From: Candidatus Krumholzibacteriia bacterium
GTDB lineage: Bacteria; Krumholzibacteriota; Krumholzibacteriia; LZORAL124-64-63
Length of the DNA stretch: 27,111 nucleotides
Direction: 5' to 3'
Assembly: GCA_036351155.1 (NCBI GenBank)
Contig: JAZBOO010000345.1
Coordinates: forward strand, 1-27,111
Part shown: positions 17,048 through 25,621 of the stretch, one piece after another
Position numbering within the stretch: the stretch's first letter is position 1
Layout of the letters: each line of letters starts with the position of its first letter
Notes under the pieces: model-generated
Database searches by the model: none
What the model was told of the DNA's origin: nothing
Seen by the model: only the letters and a program-made list of their open reading frames with translations
Program-made: the position numbers and the translations under genes

Positions 17048-17076
17048 AAAATATAGACCATTGACCCGTTCGTCAA
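17048..17076 (-). promoter_or_regulatory. Putative sigma70 promoter for the small ORF and tRNA-Val
   Basis: TTGACG-N17-TATTTT; the -35 overlaps the mltG stop codon. Confidence 0.55.
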
Positions 17077-18200
17077 TGTCCGCCTTGTCGACGTTCCCGG
17101 GCCTTCAGCTTCCGGAATTCCCGCACAGCCTGCTCGTGTTCGGCCGCGGTCCGGGAAAACACATGCCCTCCCTGACCGTCGGAAACAAAGAACATGGCTT
17201 CACTGGTGGTGTCGGGAAAGGCCGCCGCCTTCAATGCCGCCCACCCCGGAGCCCCGATGGGTCCCGGCGGCAGCCCCTTCTGCCGATAGGTGTTGAAAGG
17301 AGAGTCCACCTCGAGGTCACGGTAAAAAAGCCGTTTCCCCTTCTTCTGAAGCACAAAAGCCACCGTGGGATCGGCCTCCAGCCGCCACCCACGCGCCAAT
17401 CGGTTGGAATACACCGCCGCGATGGCGGCCCGTTCATGGTCCAGACGTGCCTCGGCCTCGACCACCGAAGCCAGGGTCAGCAAGGCATGGGGGTTGTCTG
17501 CCTGGCGATTGGGCCACCCCCGCCCCTGCCCCAGCGAGTCCAGGCGGGCCCATTGCGTGGCCACGAGGTGATGGGCAACCTGCCGGGCCGAAGAACCCGC
17601 TCCGAACAGGTAGGTATCCGGGGCCAGATAGCCCTCGCAGAACCGAAAATCCCGGGGCGTACTTGCCCGGGCAGCGGCCAGAATGGTGTCGTACCGGGCC
17701 GCCATGGTACGGGCTCCGGGCCAGGGGTCACTTTCCAGACGCCGACGGACCAGCGAATCGGCGGCCGCCAGAACCACCTCGGCCTCGATCCCCAGCCCCG
17801 CGGCCAGGATTTCCGCCACCTCGGTGGCCGCCAACCCCTCGGGAATGGTCACCTTGATCTGCACCGAACGTCCACTGCTCAGATCGGCCAGTAGCTCACG
17901 CGGACTGCTCCCCCGGTGCAGGCGATACAGTCCGCTGCGGAGACTGCGGTCCTGCCCGGTCAGCTTGGCCCCCACCAGCAAGATATGGCGGTCGGCCAGC
18001 AGACCACGGGCCACCAGGGTGTCGGCCGCCGCCCCCAGGGTCATACCCTGCGGGATATTCACCAGAACCGCGCCGGGAGTATCCGGCTGACCCGCCGGGC
18101 CGGGCTGGGTCCAGGTGAACCAGCCAAAAAGAGGCAGAATGATGAGCAACAGGGCCAGTCCCACCAGGGTCAGATACAGGAGAGGGCGGGAAAATTTCAT
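17073..18200 (-). CDS. mltG: Endolytic transglycosylase MltG (YceG)
   Basis: N-terminal TM, VTIPEG, EGYLAPDTY, LASVVEAE (catalytic Glu), LEADPTV, SPFNTY, GLPPGPI. Confidence 0.95.
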   Translation of the reverse strand: MKFSRPLLYLTLVGLALLLIILPLFGWFTWTQPGPAGQPDTPGAVLVNIPQGMTLGAAADTLVARGLLADRHILLVGAKLTGQDRSLRSGLYRLHRGSSPRELLADLSSGRSVQIKVTIPEGLAATEVAEILAAGLGIEAEVVLAAADSLVRRRLESDPWPGARTMAARYDTILAAARASTPRDFRFCEGYLAPDTYLFGAGSSARQVAHHLVATQWARLDSLGQGRGWPNRQADNPHALLTLASVVEAEARLDHERAAIAAVYSNRLARGWRLEADPTVAFVLQKKGKRLFYRDLEVDSPFNTYRQKGLPPGPIGAPGWAALKAAAFPDTTSEAMFFVSDGQGGHVFSRTAAEHEQAVREFRKLKARERRQGGH

Positions 18201-18619
18201 GGGGTATCCCCCTGGGCACGCAAGGAGTCGAGATAGGACTGCAGGATGATCTCAGCGGCGAGAGCATCCCGATCTTCCTTGGCCTTCTTCCGGCGGTCGA
18301 CCAGCCAGCGGTCGGCCTCGGTGCTGGAATACCTTTCGTCCCAGAGGACGACCGGCAACTGCAAACGCTCTTCCAGCAACGCGGCAAACTTGCGGGTGGC
18401 GGTGGTGATTTCCCCTTCGCCGCCATCGGCCCGCAGGGGCAGTCCCACCACCAGGGTGGTGACATCTCGCGCGGAAATGATGGCGGCCAGGTAATCGATG
18501 ACCGAGCCGTCTTGACCTTCCCGGTGGGTTCCGTGGGCAAAGGCAATGCCCCGCTGGTCGTCCCCCACGGCGACACCCACGCGTCGCTTGCCATAGTCCA
18601 GTCCCAGAAAGGCCGCCAT
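18197..18619 (-). CDS. ruvX: YqgF/RuvX pre-16S rRNA nuclease
   Basis: FLGLDYGKRRVGVA, VVGLP, WDERYSS, DALAAEIILQSYL. Start ATG 18619. Confidence 0.94.
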   Translation of the reverse strand: MAAFLGLDYGKRRVGVAVGDDQRGIAFAHGTHREGQDGSVIDYLAAIISARDVTTLVVGLPLRADGGEGEITTATRKFAALLEERLQLPVVLWDERYSSTEADRWLVDRRKKAKEDRDALAAEIILQSYLDSLRAQGDTP

Positions 18620-18623
18620 GGAA

Positions 18624-19046
18624 TCAGTCTTCGTCTTCGGTGGGATCCAGTTGTTTGACCAGCCGGACAAAAAACCGGCCGTCCTCGTGCCGGCCGAAGG
18701 AAAGGTCATTGCAGAATTCGCGCATGATGAGGATGCCGCGCCCGCGCTCGCGCATGAGCTCTTCGGAGGGTATCCAGCCCTGGAAATCGAAACCGGGGCC
18801 ATGGTCGTACACGGTGATGGTGATCTCTTCCTCGTTCATCTCGTAAACCACCTCGATGGGGGTTTCCTCATCCAGCTTGTTGCCGTGCTCCATGGCATTG
18901 GTGCAGGCCTCGATCACCGAGGTCCCCAGCTCCTCGAGCTGACGCTTGCAGCAATCCAGGTCGCTCCCGATCTCCATCAGGACGGCGTCGGGCACCCCGA
19001 GGTACTCCATCTGACTGGGAAGTTTGAGTATGATCTTGGAAGTCAC
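18624..19046 (-). CDS. RsbW/SpoIIAB-like anti-sigma factor Ser kinase (HATPase_c_2)
   Basis: N-box EACTNAMEHG, G1 DHGPGFD, G2 ERGRGILIM. Confidence 0.9.
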   Translation of the reverse strand: MTSKIILKLPSQMEYLGVPDAVLMEIGSDLDCCKRQLEELGTSVIEACTNAMEHGNKLDEETPIEVVYEMNEEEITITVYDHGPGFDFQGWIPSEELMRERGRGILIMREFCNDLSFGRHEDGRFFVRLVKQLDPTEDED

Positions 19047-19067
19047 CTTGACCTGCCCGCGCGGAAA

Positions 19068-19418
19068 TCAGGAAAAACTCTGAACGGCTTCTTCTTCATC
19101 CTGAAACGATTCAAACACCGTATATAGCTTCGAGACGATGAAGATGTTCTCGATACGGTCGGAAACCTTCAGCAGTTTCAATTCTCCCCCGTTTTTCTTG
19201 AGGGTGGTGTAACCGCTGATCAGGATCCCCAGTCCGGTGCTGTTGACCCATTTGACCTTGTCCATGTGGACGATGACGTTCTTGCAGCCCTCGTGAATCA
19301 GGGTCTTGAGAATCTCGTCAAAGGCATCGGAGTCCGGCCCACCCATGAGCTTTCCGCTCATTTCCAGAATGGCCACGCCGTCCCTTTTGCGTTCCTTGAT
19401 CTTCACGGAAGTACTCAC
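19068..19418 (-). CDS. STAS-domain anti-sigma factor antagonist (RsbV/SpoIIAA-like)
   Basis: VKWVNSTGLG phospho-Ser motif, GGELKL. Alternative GTG start at 19406. Confidence 0.92.
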   Translation of the reverse strand: MSTSVKIKERKRDGVAILEMSGKLMGGPDSDAFDEILKTLIHEGCKNVIVHMDKVKWVNSTGLGILISGYTTLKKNGGELKLLKVSDRIENIFIVSKLYTVFESFQDEEEAVQSFS

Positions 19419-19485
19419 TTTGGCTGAATCTCAACGCTGAATCCAAACACCGGGCGGGACCCATGGGCCGCCCCGCCGAACGAAA

Positions 19486-19514
19486 ACCATAGGACATCCT
19501 GGCCATGGTGTCCA
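19486..19514 (-). promoter_or_regulatory. Putative sigma70 promoter for STAS-rsbW-ruvX-mltG
   Basis: TGGACA-N17-TATGGT. Confidence 0.5.
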
Positions 19515-19545
19515 GTCATCCCTTGCCCGCCCAAGGGGTTGGGGC

Positions 19546-20523
19546 TCAGGAATCTTGATCTGCCAGGATGGCCCAGACCCGTGCCATATCCGCCGGGACG
19601 GGGGCCGAAAAGGTCATGATCTCCCCCGTGACGGGGTGTTCCAGCTCCAGGTTTCGGGCATGCAACATCTGCCTTTCGGCCTGCTTCACCGCCTGGGCGG
19701 CCCGGGTCCGGTCGAGCGCATGCACGGTCTTGGCCCGGGTATCGTCACCGTAGGTCTGGTCTCCCAGAACGGGATGATGATGCTGGGCAAAGTGCACCCT
19801 GATCTGATGCGTGCGCCCCGTCTCCAGCTTGACCGCACAGACCTGGGCGAACCCATGATCTTCAAGAACCCGGTAATGGGTCCGGGCCTCGCGCCCGCCC
19901 TCGGGCACCACGGCCATTTTTTGGCGCTGGCGAGGGTGGCGGCCAATATCCCCCTCCAGGACGCCTTCGTCTTCGTTCCACGAGCCCCAGCTGATGGCCA
20001 GGTATTCTCTCCCCATCCGTCGGTCACGAAGCTGTTCCGCCAGGTGGGCATGCGCCTTGTGGTTCAGTGCCACCGCCAGCAAGCCCGTGGTGTCCCGGTC
20101 CAGGCGGTGCACGATCCCCGGGCGCAAATCGTCATCTCCTGCAGCCAGTCCCTGCACGTGGTGCAACAGAGCATTCACCACCGTGCCATCGGGGTGCCCC
20201 TGGGACGGATGGACCACCATGCCGGCCTGCTTGTTGAGGATCAGGATATGCTCGTCGCGATAGACGATTTCCAGGGGCAGGTCCTGAGGTACGGCGGTCA
20301 ACTGGGGAACCGTGCCCGGGCGGTAAGTCACCTTCTGACCGGGTTTCAGGCGAAACCCCTTGGGGCGCTGCCGACCATTCACCTCGGCCAGGCCGGATTC
20401 GAGATCGCCCTGGATTCGGTTGCGGGTCAGGTCGGGGCAACGCTGGACCAGGAAAGCATCCAGGCGCAACCCTGCCTCATCGGACTCGACTTTGAAGGAG
20501 AGAAGGGCCTGAAGATCACTCAT
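19546..20523 (-). CDS. rluD: RluA-family 23S rRNA pseudouridine synthase with S4 domain (RluD-like)
   Basis: GLRLDAFL S4 start, NKQAGMVVHP, GIVHRLDRDTTG catalytic motif, LETGRTHQIRVH. Confidence 0.92.
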   Translation of the reverse strand: MSDLQALLSFKVESDEAGLRLDAFLVQRCPDLTRNRIQGDLESGLAEVNGRQRPKGFRLKPGQKVTYRPGTVPQLTAVPQDLPLEIVYRDEHILILNKQAGMVVHPSQGHPDGTVVNALLHHVQGLAAGDDDLRPGIVHRLDRDTTGLLAVALNHKAHAHLAEQLRDRRMGREYLAISWGSWNEDEGVLEGDIGRHPRQRQKMAVVPEGGREARTHYRVLEDHGFAQVCAVKLETGRTHQIRVHFAQHHHPVLGDQTYGDDTRAKTVHALDRTRAAQAVKQAERQMLHARNLELEHPVTGEIMTFSAPVPADMARVWAILADQDS

Positions 20524-21025
20524 CGGCAGTCACCGGCTGGGCCTCCGGGCTCTGACCCCGCTTCCCTTCCAGGAGGATGCAAAGGAAGAGGAGGGCCCCG
20601 CCCACGGTCACGCCGATGTCCGCCACGTTGAAGGTATAAAAACGGCTGGTTCCGATGCCGACATCGATGAAGTCAACCACCAGCCCATTGTAGAAAACCC
20701 GATCGATGAGATTGCCCAGGGCCCCACCCAGAATGGTGGCCATGGCCGCGCGGCGAACGCGCAGGGCGGGATCGGTTCGCAGATAGAGGTACACCAGGAA
20801 AACGGAGGCCGCAGCGCTGACGGAGATCAGGACGATCCGCCCCACGGGAAACAGCCCCATGGCCGCACCGGGATTGCGCACGTAGATGAAGCGGAGAAGT
20901 TCACCCAGGACTTCCACCTTGCCACGGAGGACGGCTTCGTTGGCCAGAACCAGACGCTTGGTGACGAAATCCACCACCAGGATCAGGGGGGCCAGAAGCC
21001 AGGGTTGGAGCAGGGACCGCATCAT
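20516..21025 (-). CDS. lspA: Lipoprotein signal peptidase II
   Basis: DFVTK, NPGAAMG, GGALGNLIDR, VVDFI, FNVAD. TGATG overlap with the upstream stop. Confidence 0.95.
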   Translation of the reverse strand: MMRSLLQPWLLAPLILVVDFVTKRLVLANEAVLRGKVEVLGELLRFIYVRNPGAAMGLFPVGRIVLISVSAAASVFLVYLYLRTDPALRVRRAAMATILGGALGNLIDRVFYNGLVVDFIDVGIGTSRFYTFNVADIGVTVGGALLFLCILLEGKRGQSPEAQPVTADE

Positions 21026-21402
21026 CAAAGGGTCCCCGCCTCCTCCTTCTCCTTGCACTCGATGCAGAGGCGGGCATAGGGCAACCGCTTCAGACGAGGC
21101 AGGGCGATGTTCTGGTCACAGCCAAGGCACTTGCCGTAGGTGCCGTCTTCGATGCGGCCCAGGGCTTCCTCGATGTTGTAGAGGTGCCGGCCTTCCTTGT
21201 TGGCAAACTTGATCGTGGTCTCGTACTGGAACTCGTCCGAGCCCTGATCAGCCATGTGGTTCGAGTGGGCCTTGCCCGTTTCGAGACCCGACTGGTCGTC
21301 GGTATGGCTGATAATCTTCTCGTGCCGCGCCAGGGACTGGCTGACCTTTTCCTTCTCCTCGAGAAGCATGGTCCGGAACCTCTGAAGATCGGTTTTGCGC
21401 AT
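21025..21402 (-). CDS. TraR/DksA C4-type zinc-finger protein
   Basis: Coiled coil with HMADQGSD tip; GTYGKCLGC...RL...P...LCIECK. AGGAGG RBS before ATG 21402. Confidence 0.9.
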   Translation of the reverse strand: MRKTDLQRFRTMLLEEKEKVSQSLARHEKIISHTDDQSGLETGKAHSNHMADQGSDEFQYETTIKFANKEGRHLYNIEEALGRIEDGTYGKCLGCDQNIALPRLKRLPYARLCIECKEKEEAGTL

Positions 21403-21448
21403 CGCTTTCCTCCTGTCACTGAAACCCGCCCCCCTGGAAAAACCAGGG

Positions 21449-24400
21449 TCAGGCTTTTTCCAGGGCAATGGTGATTTCATGCTCGTCGATGCTGAACGTG
21501 TCTTTATAGGTCAAATCCGCAGAGGATTCAACGCCTTCCGCCAAAGTGTCGGTCATGATACGCTCGGCAAAATTCTCCGCAACCCCTCGCACCGAATCAG
21601 GCCCCGAAATATCCAGCCGAATACGGTCGGAAACTTCGAGACCGCTCTTCTTTCGCAAATTCTGGACCTTGTTGATCAATTCCCGGCAAAGTCCCTCGGC
21701 TCGCAGATCATCGTTCAGTTCGGTGTCCAGGGCCACGGTGAGCCCGTTGCCGCTGCCGGCCACGAAACTGCCCAGCCCTTCCTCCTGCACCTGCACTTCC
21801 TCGAAGGTGAAGCTGGTGGGCACACCCTCGAGATCCACCAGTACGGTCCCGTGGGCCTTCAGTTCCATGATCTGTTCAGGGGTCATCCCGGTGATGGCCT
21901 TGGCCGCCACCGGCGCCTTCTTACCGAAGCGTGGCCCCAGCGCCCGGAAGTTGGCCTTGGCCCCCAGCCTGGCGATGGTCCGGGGGTCTTCCACCATTTC
22001 GATGGTCTTGACATTCAGTTCCTCGGCCACGTAGCCGCGCAGCTGATCGTTGCCCAGCAACAGGGAGGCCCGGTCGTCGTCGGAGTGCACGACCTGGCGG
22101 CTCAGGGGTTGACGGGTCTTGATCCCCGAATCCTGGCGCAGGCTGCGGCCGATCCCCACCACGTCCTGCCCGACCTTCATCATCCGTTCCAGTTCGGCGT
22201 CCACGAGGGCCTCTTCAGCCACCGGAAAGTCCTGCAGGTGGACCGAACCGTCCGGGTCCAGCGGGGCCGTCAAGCCGCGATAGATCTCCTCGCTGGTGAA
22301 GGGAATGAACGGGGCCAGCAAGCGCAGACTGCTCTCCAGGACGGTGTACAGGGTGTGGAAGGCCGTGTGCTTGTCCGCCGTCATTTCCCCCTTCCAGAAC
22401 CGGCGACGGCTCAGGCGCACATACCAGTTGGACACGTCATCCATGATGAAGGTGCCCAAGGTCTTGCTCGCGCGCGTCAGGTTGAGTTCCTCCAGGTCCC
22501 GCGTCACCTCGAGCGTCACGCTCTGCAGGCGGCTCAGGATCCAGCGGTCCAGCAGATCGGGCTGGGTACTGGACAGGGTCTGGGGCGTCCATCCATCCAG
22601 GTTCGCGTACAGGGTGAAGAAGTTGTAGGTACTCTCGAGGGTGGCCAGCAGCTTGCGCTGGGCCTCCTTCACCCCTTCTCGGTCGAAGCGCGTGGGCGTC
22701 CAGACCGGGCTGCAGGTCATCATGTACCAGCGCAGGGGGTCGGCCCCCTCGGTGCGCATGATGTCCATGGGGTCGACTGTGTTGCCGACACTCTTGGACA
22801 TCTTCTTGCCCTTCTTGTCCAGGATCAACTCGTTGACCAGGCAGCTCTTGTAGCTGCTCTCCCCCTTCAGGAAGGTGCTGATCACCAGCATGGTGTAGAA
22901 CCAGCCGCGGGTCTGATCGATGCCCTCGCTGATGAAGTCCGCCGGGAACTGGCTGTTGATCAGCTCCTCGTTCTCGAAGGGGTAGTGGTACTGGGCAAAG
23001 GGCATGCTGCCGGAATCGAACCAGCAGTCGATGACCTCGCTGGTGCGGGTCATGGTGCCGGGGCAGCCTTCGCAGGTGCAGGGGAAAGTGATCGCGTCCA
23101 CGTGGGGCCGATGCAGATCCAGGTCGGACTGGTCCTGGCCGGTCAACTCGGTCAGTTCCTGCCGGCTGGAGGGGAGCTTGTATTGCCCGCATTCCCCGCA
23201 GATCCACACGTTCAAGGGGGTTCCCCAGAAACGATTGCGACTCAGCGACCAGTCGATGTTCCCGGCCAGCCAGTTGCCGAACCGGCCGCTGCCCACCTCG
23301 GGCGGGGCCCAGGTGATCTTGTGGTTGGCCTCGACCAGCTGCTCACGCATCTCGCTGGTCTTGATGAACCAGCTGGGGGTGGCAAAGTAGATCAGCGGAT
23401 TGTCGCAGCGGTCATGATAGGGGTAGTCGTGACTGTAGGTCTCGACGCCCAGCACGCTGCCCTGGGCCTTGAGGTGCTTGACGATCTGGGGGTCGGCCTT
23501 CTTCACGTGCAGACCATGCCAGGGCGTGACCTCTTCGGTGAACTGGCCGTTGCTGTCCACGGGCTTGAAGAAGCTGAGGTTTTCGCGCCGTCCCACCTGG
23601 TAATCGTCCTCACCGAAGGCCGGGGCCATGTGCACGATGCCGGTTCCCGAGTCGAGAGTCACGAAGTCCGCCTCGACGACCACGAACGACCGGGTCCCCT
23701 CTTCGGGACTCACGAAGGGAAGCAGCTGCTCGTAGGTGCGGCCCAGCAACTCCTTGCCCTTCATCTTCTCGAGAACTTCGATTTCCACGGGCTCGTCGCT
23801 GAATCCTTCGAGAACCGAAAGCCGGGCCTCGGCCAGGATCAAGATCTCGTCGCCGTATCGCACCCGGACGTAATCGAAGTCGCTACCCACAGCCAGCGCC
23901 ACGTTGGAGGGCAGGGTCCAGGGCGTGGTGGTCCAGGTGACGAAGGACTCCTGGGCATCGGTGGCCTTCAGCTTCACGAAGATGCTGGGGTCATTGACCT
24001 TACGGTAGCTGTTGGCCATCTCGTTGGCGCTCAGGGGGGTGGCGCAAACCGGACAGTAGGGCACCACCTTGTGCCCCTTGTACAGCATGTCCTTGGCGTG
24101 GAACTGACCGAGGATCCACCACACGGTCTCGATGTAGTTGTTGTCGTAGGTGATATAGGGGTCGTCCAGGTCGACCCAGTAGCCCAGCTTCTGGGTGAAC
24201 TCGTCCCATTCTCCCTTGCAGGTCCACACGCTCTCGCGGCACTTCTCGTTGAAGGGGGCCAGACCGAATTCCTCGATGGCCTGAGCGCCCTGGATGCCGA
24301 GACCTTTTTCCACGGCGCGCTCGACAGGCAACCCGTGGGTATCCCAGCCGGCTTTGCGTATCACGCGGTGCCCCGTCATGGTCTTGAAACGGCACATCAC

Positions 24401-24628
24401 GTCCTTGCACAGGCGCGCCATCACATGGTGCACGCCCGGCATGCCGTTGGCCGTGGGCGGACCTTCATAAAAAACCCAGTCGGGCCGGCCTTCACGGGCG
24501 GCAATACTGGCCCGAAAAACATCGTGCTCATTCCAGAAAGCACGGATGGGCTCCTCCGACTGCGCCGTGTGAAATTTCTGCGCCAGGGAAGGGTACAGCT
24601 GCTTCTGTTCTGAATTCTGGTCGGCCAT
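21449..24628 (-). CDS. ileS: Isoleucyl-tRNA synthetase, type 2
   Basis: FYEGPPTANGMPGVHH, GWDTHGLPVE, WTTTPWTLPSN, DWSLSRNRFWGTP, DCWFDSGSMP, EGIDQTRGWFY, KMSKS; type-2 C-terminus with no Zn finger. Start ATG 24628 (TGATG overlap). Confidence 0.97.
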   Translation of the reverse strand: MADQNSEQKQLYPSLAQKFHTAQSEEPIRAFWNEHDVFRASIAAREGRPDWVFYEGPPTANGMPGVHHVMARLCKDVMCRFKTMTGHRVIRKAGWDTHGLPVERAVEKGLGIQGAQAIEEFGLAPFNEKCRESVWTCKGEWDEFTQKLGYWVDLDDPYITYDNNYIETVWWILGQFHAKDMLYKGHKVVPYCPVCATPLSANEMANSYRKVNDPSIFVKLKATDAQESFVTWTTTPWTLPSNVALAVGSDFDYVRVRYGDEILILAEARLSVLEGFSDEPVEIEVLEKMKGKELLGRTYEQLLPFVSPEEGTRSFVVVEADFVTLDSGTGIVHMAPAFGEDDYQVGRRENLSFFKPVDSNGQFTEEVTPWHGLHVKKADPQIVKHLKAQGSVLGVETYSHDYPYHDRCDNPLIYFATPSWFIKTSEMREQLVEANHKITWAPPEVGSGRFGNWLAGNIDWSLSRNRFWGTPLNVWICGECGQYKLPSSRQELTELTGQDQSDLDLHRPHVDAITFPCTCEGCPGTMTRTSEVIDCWFDSGSMPFAQYHYPFENEELINSQFPADFISEGIDQTRGWFYTMLVISTFLKGESSYKSCLVNELILDKKGKKMSKSVGNTVDPMDIMRTEGADPLRWYMMTCSPVWTPTRFDREGVKEAQRKLLATLESTYNFFTLYANLDGWTPQTLSSTQPDLLDRWILSRLQSVTLEVTRDLEELNLTRASKTLGTFIMDDVSNWYVRLSRRRFWKGEMTADKHTAFHTLYTVLESSLRLLAPFIPFTSEEIYRGLTAPLDPDGSVHLQDFPVAEEALVDAELERMMKVGQDVVGIGRSLRQDSGIKTRQPLSRQVVHSDDDRASLLLGNDQLRGYVAEELNVKTIEMVEDPRTIARLGAKANFRALGPRFGKKAPVAAKAITGMTPEQIMELKAHGTVLVDLEGVPTSFTFEEVQVQEEGLGSFVAGSGNGLTVALDTELNDDLRAEGLCRELINKVQNLRKKSGLEVSDRIRLDISGPDSVRGVAENFAERIMTDTLAEGVESSADLTYKDTFSIDEHEITIALEKA

Positions 24629-25455
24629 CACAACTCCATCTGGGCCAGGAAGCCCGTGACCAGGGCCTCCAGCCGGGGCTGGGCCTCGTTGGCCACCCGG
24701 ATAATTTCTTCGACGTTGGCGGGCTTCAAGGCGTCGGGAAAGCAAGCGTCGGTGATGACCTGCAGGCCAATGACTCGCATGCCGCCGTGCACGGCCACCA
24801 GACACTCGGGGACACTGCTCATGCCCACGGTGTCGGCCCCGATGGCCCGCAGGAAACGGTACTCGGCACCAGTTTCCAGGTTAGGACCGGCCACGGCCAC
24901 GAACACGGCCCTTTTCAGGGAAATCTTCTCTTCCAGTGCCACTTTCTCGGCGGTGGCCAGCAGAGCCCGGTCATAGGGCTCACTCATGTCCGGAAAGCGG
25001 GGCCCCAGACGGTCGTCATTGGGACCGATCAAGGGGTTGTCCCCCATCAAGTTGATGTGATCGGAGATCACGGCCAGGTCACCAGGAGCCAGCTGGGGAT
25101 TCATGCCCCCCACCGCGTTGCTCATCAGAAGGACCTTGGCCCCCAGGGCCTTCATCACCCGCACCGGCAGGGTCACCTCCTCCATGGAGTACCCTTCGTA
25201 GTAGTGAACACGCCCCTGCATGGCGATGACCTTGCGCCCGGCCAGATGCCCCAGCAGGAGGTTGCCGGCATGACTGGTGGCGGTGGATTCCACGAAGTGG
25301 GGAACGTCGCCGTAGGGAATTTCGCACACCACATCGATCCGGGAACCCAGGTCGCCTAGACCCGTGCCCAGAATGAGACCCACTTCGGGTTGAAACCCGG
25401 ATTTCTCGGATATATAGGCCGCTGCTTCGGATATTCTGGTGTGCAGATCGCTCAA
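24628..25455 (-). CDS. Purine-nucleoside phosphorylase (trimeric PNP/MTAP family)
   Basis: GLILGTGLG, MQGRVHYYEGY, SNAVGG, DHIN, GPRFPDMS, GPNLET, VGMSSVPE. TTG start at 25455 with GGAGGA RBS. Confidence 0.93.
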   Translation of the reverse strand: MSDLHTRISEAAAYISEKSGFQPEVGLILGTGLGDLGSRIDVVCEIPYGDVPHFVESTATSHAGNLLLGHLAGRKVIAMQGRVHYYEGYSMEEVTLPVRVMKALGAKVLLMSNAVGGMNPQLAPGDLAVISDHINLMGDNPLIGPNDDRLGPRFPDMSEPYDRALLATAEKVALEEKISLKRAVFVAVAGPNLETGAEYRFLRAIGADTVGMSSVPECLVAVHGGMRVIGLQVITDACFPDALKPANVEEIIRVANEAQPRLEALVTGFLAQMEL

Positions 25456-25529
25456 GATCGGTCCTCCGCCAGGTGGGTGGGAAATAAAGGTCTGGAAGCG
25501 GGGTGGGACCCGAGATTCCGCGACGGAAC

Positions 25530-25558
25530 AAGGTAACATGGGGCCCAGGGGCCGCCAA
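25530..25558 (-). promoter_or_regulatory. Putative sigma70 promoter for the PNP-ileS operon
   Basis: TTGGCG-N17-TACCTT with TG extended -10, just after the divIVA terminator. Confidence 0.5.
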
Positions 25559-25560
25559 GG

Positions 25561-25587
25561 AAAAAGCGGGAATCCCGGGATTCCCGC
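25561..25587 (-). terminator. Rho-independent terminator after divIVA
   Basis: Perfect 22-bp palindrome GCGGGAATCCCGGGATTCCCGC followed by T5 on the minus strand. Confidence 0.8.
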
Positions 25588-25621
25588 CATTTCTCTCTTT
25601 TTGCCAGACCAGGATCCGGAT

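Noticed and set aside
21395..24613. 1072-aa plus-strand ORF antisense to ileS
   Set aside because: It is the codon-aligned shadow of a GC3-rich gene, has no recognisable motifs, and its composition is typical of antisense frames.
25566..25587. Perfect 22-bp palindrome as REP, CRISPR repeat or operator
   Set aside because: Single copy followed by a U-tract just after the divIVA stop, so best explained as a terminator. No CRISPR array was seen in the window.
25456..25621. T-box leader for ileS
   Set aside because: No T-box consensus was seen; the region is explained by a terminator plus promoter, and ileS is coupled to the PNP gene.
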